From positions 3,844,001-3,908,000 of the forward strand of contig NW_026867487.1 of NCBI RefSeq assembly GCF_020745735.1: 64,000 nucleotides of DNA, given 5' to 3'. Made by a program: the position numbers and the translations under genes. Position 1 is the first letter of the stretch. Every line of letters starts with the position of its first letter. This stretch comes from Hemiscyllium ocellatum. Taxonomy: Eukaryota. Shown in pieces: positions 63,641 to 64,000 of this stretch. The notes under the pieces are model-generated. The model worked only from the letters and a program-made list of their open reading frames with translations. It had not been told where the DNA came from and searched no databases.

Positions 63641-64000
63641 ATTCATTCCTTGGAGAAAGAAAATGAATGCACTATAGCCAAATTTACACGTGATGCAACA
63701 CTATGTCGAGACACAAACTGAGAGAAAACAACTGGTTGAAGAGATTTAATAGATTTGCAAGTGGGCAATATATTAATATTTGAAGTATAGTGTGAAAACG
63801 TTCATTTTGGAAAGAAGAGTAAACAACAGTGTTCTTTTTCAATTGGACAGAAAGTGCATAAATTTGATAAACTAAGAGAGGTTTGGGTTCATGTACCTGG
63901 AACACAGACAGTTAGTGGTCACTTGAATCAGGTAATATGTCAAGTGGCTTGAAGGTTTGGGGCAGGAAATTTTCAATGCAACTGTGCAGGACACTAGAGG

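Noticed and set aside
1-64000. CRISPR arrays, tRNA/rRNA genes, prokaryotic systems, TCR D/J/C segments
   Set aside because: None seen; tRNA-like heads belong to SINEs, and no FGxG J motif with an RSS was found by eye.

Overview
Eukaryotic, repeat-rich DNA from a cartilaginous fish. The HE1-type SINEs, CR1/HER1-type LINEs and shark-type Penelope and Gypsy elements point to a shark, possibly a carpet shark (inference). There are no prokaryotic genes, CRISPR arrays, rRNA or tRNA genes. The left half (about 9.5-34.5 kb) is a tandem-duplicated cluster of GPR139/GPR142-like class A GPCR genes on the minus strand. It holds two intact two-exon genes (336 and 338 aa; the 70-nt first exons are missed by the ORF track) and two pseudogene remnants. 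The right half (about 45-62 kb) is a tandem-duplicated ~8 kb cassette. Each copy carries one T-cell receptor alpha/delta-type V segment (leader, 76-nt intron, 304-nt V exon, 23-RSS) and one dead V of another family. One V looks intact; the other has a frameshifted leader. Several fainter V-like relics lie elsewhere, one of them to the left of the GPCR genes. No D, J or C segments were found. The most notable feature is the juxtaposition itself: the V segments point toward the GPCR cluster. Local history is readable from a 7.4-kb deletion with 7-bp microhomology, a 151-bp intronic inverted repeat, a Penelope insertion with a 19-bp target-site duplication, and a near-invariant CCAAT/CRE/ETS block upstream of both V leaders.
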